From Octopus bimaculoides (lineage: Eukaryota), in assembly GCF_001194135.2 (NCBI RefSeq), contig NC_068995.1, forward strand, positions 36,511,496 through 36,574,545: 63,050 nt of DNA, given 5' to 3'. The position numbers and the translations under genes were made by a program. Each line of letters starts with the position of its first letter. Within the stretch, counting starts at the first letter, position 1. This document shows, in pieces, positions 61,567 through 63,050 of the stretch. The notes under the pieces are model-generated. The model searched no databases. It was not told where the DNA came from and worked only from the letters and a program-made list of their open reading frames with translations.

Positions 61567-61975
61567 CAGGAGTGGCTATGTGGTAAGTAGCTTGCCTACC
61601 AACCACATGGTTCTGGGTTCAGTCCCACTGCGTGGCACCTTGGGCAAGTGTCTTCTACTATAGCCTCGGGCCGACCAAAGCCTTGTGAGTGGATTTGGTA
61701 GACGGAAACTGAAAGAAGCCCGTCGTATATATGTGTATATATATATATATGTATGTGTGTATATGTTGTGTATCTGTGTTTGTCCCCCCAACATCGCTTG
61801 ACAACCGATGCTGGTGTGTTTAGGTCCCCGTAACTTAGCGGTTCGGCAAAAAGAGACCGATAGAATAAGTACTAGGCTTACAACAAATAAGTCCTGGGGT
61901 CGATTTGATTCGACTAAAGGCGATGCTCCAGCATGGCCGCAGTCAATTGACTGAAGCAAGTAAAAGAGTAAAACA
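61567..61975 (+). mobile_element. Well-preserved full-length tRNA-SINE
   Basis: Intact head GGAGTGGCTATGTGGTAAG...GGTTCAGTCCCAC, CpGs retained, GTAAAAGAGTAAAA tail. Confidence 0.9.
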
Positions 61976-62804
61976 GAATAACTATAAAATTTAGTTGTTA
62001 TGCAGCAGTGTCCTTGAAAAGGTTAGCTAATTAGTCACAGTGAATCAAAACTACATTTCTGACACGTTGCTAATTAGGATTTATATTACTGGGACAAGAT
62101 CACAAGTTTTAAAAGAGGAGTGTAGTTGATTTAATCAACAACGTACTTCATCAGTGTATATTTTCAGGGTTATAAGCAAAGAGTGTAATAAATATTAGCA
62201 CAGGATTGGATTGGTGGTTAAGTAGTTTACTTTGAAACCACACAGTTCCAGATTAATTCTCAATGTGCAGCACTTTGGGCAAGTGTCGTTTATTATGGTT
62301 GGACAACAGCTTGGGGAGTCGAAGTTTGATAGATGGACAGTGTGTGGAAACAGTCTTGGTGACCTCACTACAAGTGGTAGAACAAAAAAACACTTAGTAG
62401 ATACTGGATGGTTAGCATCCAGCCATAGAAAACCTGCCAAAGCCAACACAGGAGCTTGGCACAGCCCTGCAGCTTGCTCAATCTTGTCAAGATATCCAAC
62501 CCATGCCAGCATCAAAATCAGACATCAAATGATGATATTTATATCTATACACACACACTGATTCATATCAGCTTAGAATATAAACATCAAGAGAAGAAAA
62601 CCTGAAAAACGGTTCTTTACAAAGTTCAAGATAGACACTTCCTTATCAGTTTCATCACAAAGTAATGAATCAGTGATTGATCTATTGGAAAGCTACAACT
62701 GATGAGGTTATTCTCCACAAACTTTAGTACAAAGTACGAATAATACCATAAGGCATATAACCTAACACTATAGACTTTTTTCAATTTACTTACTCTTTTA
62801 CCAT

Positions 62805-63050
62805 CATCATCATCATCATCATCATCGTTTAACGTCCGCTTTCCATGCTAGCATGGGTTGGACGATTTGACTGAGGACTGGTGAAACCGGATGGCAACAC
62901 CAGGCTCCAGTCTGATTTGGCAGAGTTTCTACAGCTGGATGCCCTTCCTAACGCCAACCACTCAGAGAGTGTAGTGGGTGCTTTTACGTGTCACCCGCAC
63001 GAAAACGGCCACGCTCGAAATGGTGTCTTTTATGTGCCACCCGCACAAGC
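62805..63050 (-). mobile_element. Young SINE/RTE-type 3' end with a (GAT)n tail, running off the window edge
   Basis: (CAT)n followed by CGTTTAACGTCCGCTTTCCATGCTAGCATGGG, with CpGs retained. Confidence 0.85.

Noticed and set aside
57907-63050. Search for upstream OSBPL11 exons (PH domain)
   Set aside because: No segment with PH motifs and good splice sites was found; these exons are presumed to lie beyond the window.

Overview
AT-rich, repeat-dense animal genomic DNA with several N gaps (e.g. 1047-1290, 2761-2860, 3783-4382, 9099-9250). The SINE, RTE and MITE families look octopus-like; the species call is an inference. Two convergent protein-coding genes are supported. (1) A SMYD4-like lysine methyltransferase on +, whose 660-aa CDS lies in one exon (12055-14037). 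(2) The 3' part of an OSBPL10/11-like oxysterol-binding-protein gene on -, hand-assembled from 14 phase-consistent GT-AG exons (57906 to 18825; 1845 nt, 614 aa plus stop). Its PH-domain exons were not found and probably lie beyond the right edge. The rest is transposon relics (Tc1/mariner, piggyBac-like and hAT-like MITEs, RTE LINEs, tRNA-SINEs, Penelope-like elements) and microsatellites. I cannot claim a wholly new system. The most notable signals are several type-I hammerhead-ribozyme folds in OSBPL11 introns, each with core substitutions; a frame-critical 20-nt microexon; a long basic C-terminal tail; a FFAT-like motif; and a CpG-retaining island inside the largest intron. Repeat boundaries are approximate; exon boundaries were counted by hand.
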